DNA from: Culicoidibacterales bacterium
Lineage (GTDB): Bacteria > Bacillota_I > Bacilli_A > Culicoidibacterales > Culicoidibacteraceae
Direction of reading: 5' to 3'
DNA: 24,000 nt
NCBI GenBank assembly: GCA_051652245.1
Contig: JBOFTV010000088.1
Span: 15,969-39,968, forward strand
In this document: piece after piece, positions 23,148 to 24,000 of the stretch
Layout: each line of letters opens with the position of its first letter
Numbering within the stretch: position 1 is the stretch's first letter
The notes under the pieces: generated by a model
What the model was told of the DNA's origin: nothing
Seen by the model: the letters and a program-made list of their open reading frames with translations, nothing else
Databases searched by the model: none
Program-made: the position numbers and the translations under genes

Positions 23148-24000
23148 TTATGCCTTAATAAACGACTGCTCAAGTGAGGATTTCCTTAAGTATTCTAGAT
23201 AGCGATATACATCCTCTTCTTCATAGCCAATATCTTTTAATGCGGAAAACACAAGCGAGTATTCATTATTTAGATTTGTTTGAAAGATGGCGCTATCATC
23301 TGTATTGATTGAAATCGGAATATTTACTGCACGCTTTTCTAATCCATGTGCATTAAATTTTGTAAAAGGCAAATCCCGATATTTGTCTGCAATTGAAATC
23401 TTTAAATTTGAGGTTGGATTCACTTCTATCGATATTCCTAAATCTGCTATTTTCCTCATTAATATTATTTGCACCATTTTTACTGATTTTATGTATGCAT
23501 CGTCAATAGTTTTTATGATTGGATTTGCTCCTACTTTCTTATAGTGACTGTCATAATGATACTGCCAATATAGTTTACAGGCATCTTTATTTTCCCTAGC
23601 TTCTCTCACTCTTTTACTTGTTACGTCCTTTTGTTCATATTTTAGCGTGGGAACATACTCCATTTTCTCGAGATATGATTCTGGTTGCTCCTCCCGTAAA
23701 TACATACTTGTATTATAAGTATAGAGATTTGGTACGGATACTTTTGCGGCCTCTCCTTGCTTTTCACATTGATTATATTGCACATAAAAATTATTTATGT
23801 AAATATTATATTGATTTTCCAAATAAGAAAGCACTTCAGGATTTATTTCTCTACTATTTCTGATTAAATCGTGCATCCACACAATATCATCTAGATATTC
23901 CTGATATGTTGAAAATATCATACTCCGCTTCTTTGAAAAATATGTCTCAATGTCAGTTCCAAGTGCCAAAGCATGTCCTAACCTATCACCATGCTTAAAT
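23148..24000 (-). CDS. Adenosine/AMP-deaminase-fold (amidohydrolase superfamily) protein; C-terminal ~283 aa only, the gene continues beyond the right edge
   Basis: The ORF-track 'start' (TTG at 23969) is an artefact. The frame stays open to position 24000 and reads ...FKHGDRLGHALALGTD. The ADA motifs appear in order: DRLGHA (beta-6 'RxGHG' strand), EVNPTSNL ('EVCPxSN' strand) and ISINTDDSAIF...NEY ('SxNTDDP' zinc/catalytic Asp strand). The upstream HxH and HAGE motifs would lie outside the window. Confidence 0.75.
   Translation of the reverse strand, partial: FKHGDRLGHALALGTDIETYFSKKRSMIFSTYQEYLDDIVWMHDLIRNSREINPEVLSYLENQYNIYINNFYVQYNQCEKQGEAAKVSVPNLYTYNTSMYLREEQPESYLEKMEYVPTLKYEQKDVTSKRVREARENKDACKLYWQYHYDSHYKKVGANPIIKTIDDAYIKSVKMVQIILMRKIADLGISIEVNPTSNLKISIADKYRDLPFTKFNAHGLEKRAVNIPISINTDDSAIFQTNLNNEYSLVFSALKDIGYEEEDVYRYLEYLRKSSLEQSFIKA

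Noticed and set aside
22922-23173. Two overlapping ORF-track entries (22922..23158 +, 78 aa; 22946..23173 -, 75 aa) in the deaminase/lon intergenic region
   Set aside because: Neither has an SD. Both have low-complexity or basic junk-like composition and overlap each other, the CIRCE-like repeat and the deaminase stop. The only plausible coding element here is the 33-aa ORF in another frame.
1-24000. CRISPR arrays, tRNA/rRNA genes, IS elements, integrases, long direct or inverted repeats marking an island boundary
   Set aside because: I recognised none on reading both strands. The only repeats found are short regulatory palindromes, the RAT pair and homopolymers. An exhaustive repeat search by computer was not possible.

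Overview
The window is a low-GC, Bacillota-type chromosomal segment. All product calls come from motif recognition only, because no database search was possible. Almost every gene is on the minus strand. In transcription order (high to low coordinates) the window contains:

- the 3' part of an AT-rich adenosine-deaminase-fold gene that runs off the right edge
- lon and engB
- a zinc ABC importer pair (znuC-znuB)
- an M32 carboxypeptidase
- a GlcT/LicT-type antiterminator, a PTS EIICB and a MalY/PatB C-S lyase, forming an operon with RAT/terminator riboregulation
- an Rrf2-family regulator followed by a ZnuA-type zinc lipoprotein
- tspO
- tig, clpX, rpsA (S1), a Nudix hydrolase, rapZ and yvcK (truncated at the left edge)

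Three genes are on the plus strand: a secreted GH73 glucosaminidase, a small membrane zinc-ribbon protein and an aldo/keto reductase. I saw no rRNA, tRNA, CRISPR array, transposase or integrase.

Most of the window is ordinary housekeeping or metabolic sequence. The best candidate for something novel is the edge-truncated deaminase at 23148-24000. It has a canonical ADA catalytic C-terminus, a roughly 160-aa insertion and foreign-looking base composition, which suggests a defence-type ATP/dATP deaminase such as RdrB or Cad1. Its partner genes would lie outside the window, so this cannot be resolved here.

Secondary observations:
- a possible Rrf2-controlled, physically split zinc-uptake regulon, with a perfect palindromic operator in the znuCB promoter
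- a folded-domain-sized insertion in the ZnuA His-rich loop
- a CIRCE-like element upstream of lon
- duplicated RAT elements
- a G9 homopolymer inside yvcK
- two unannotated small ORFs
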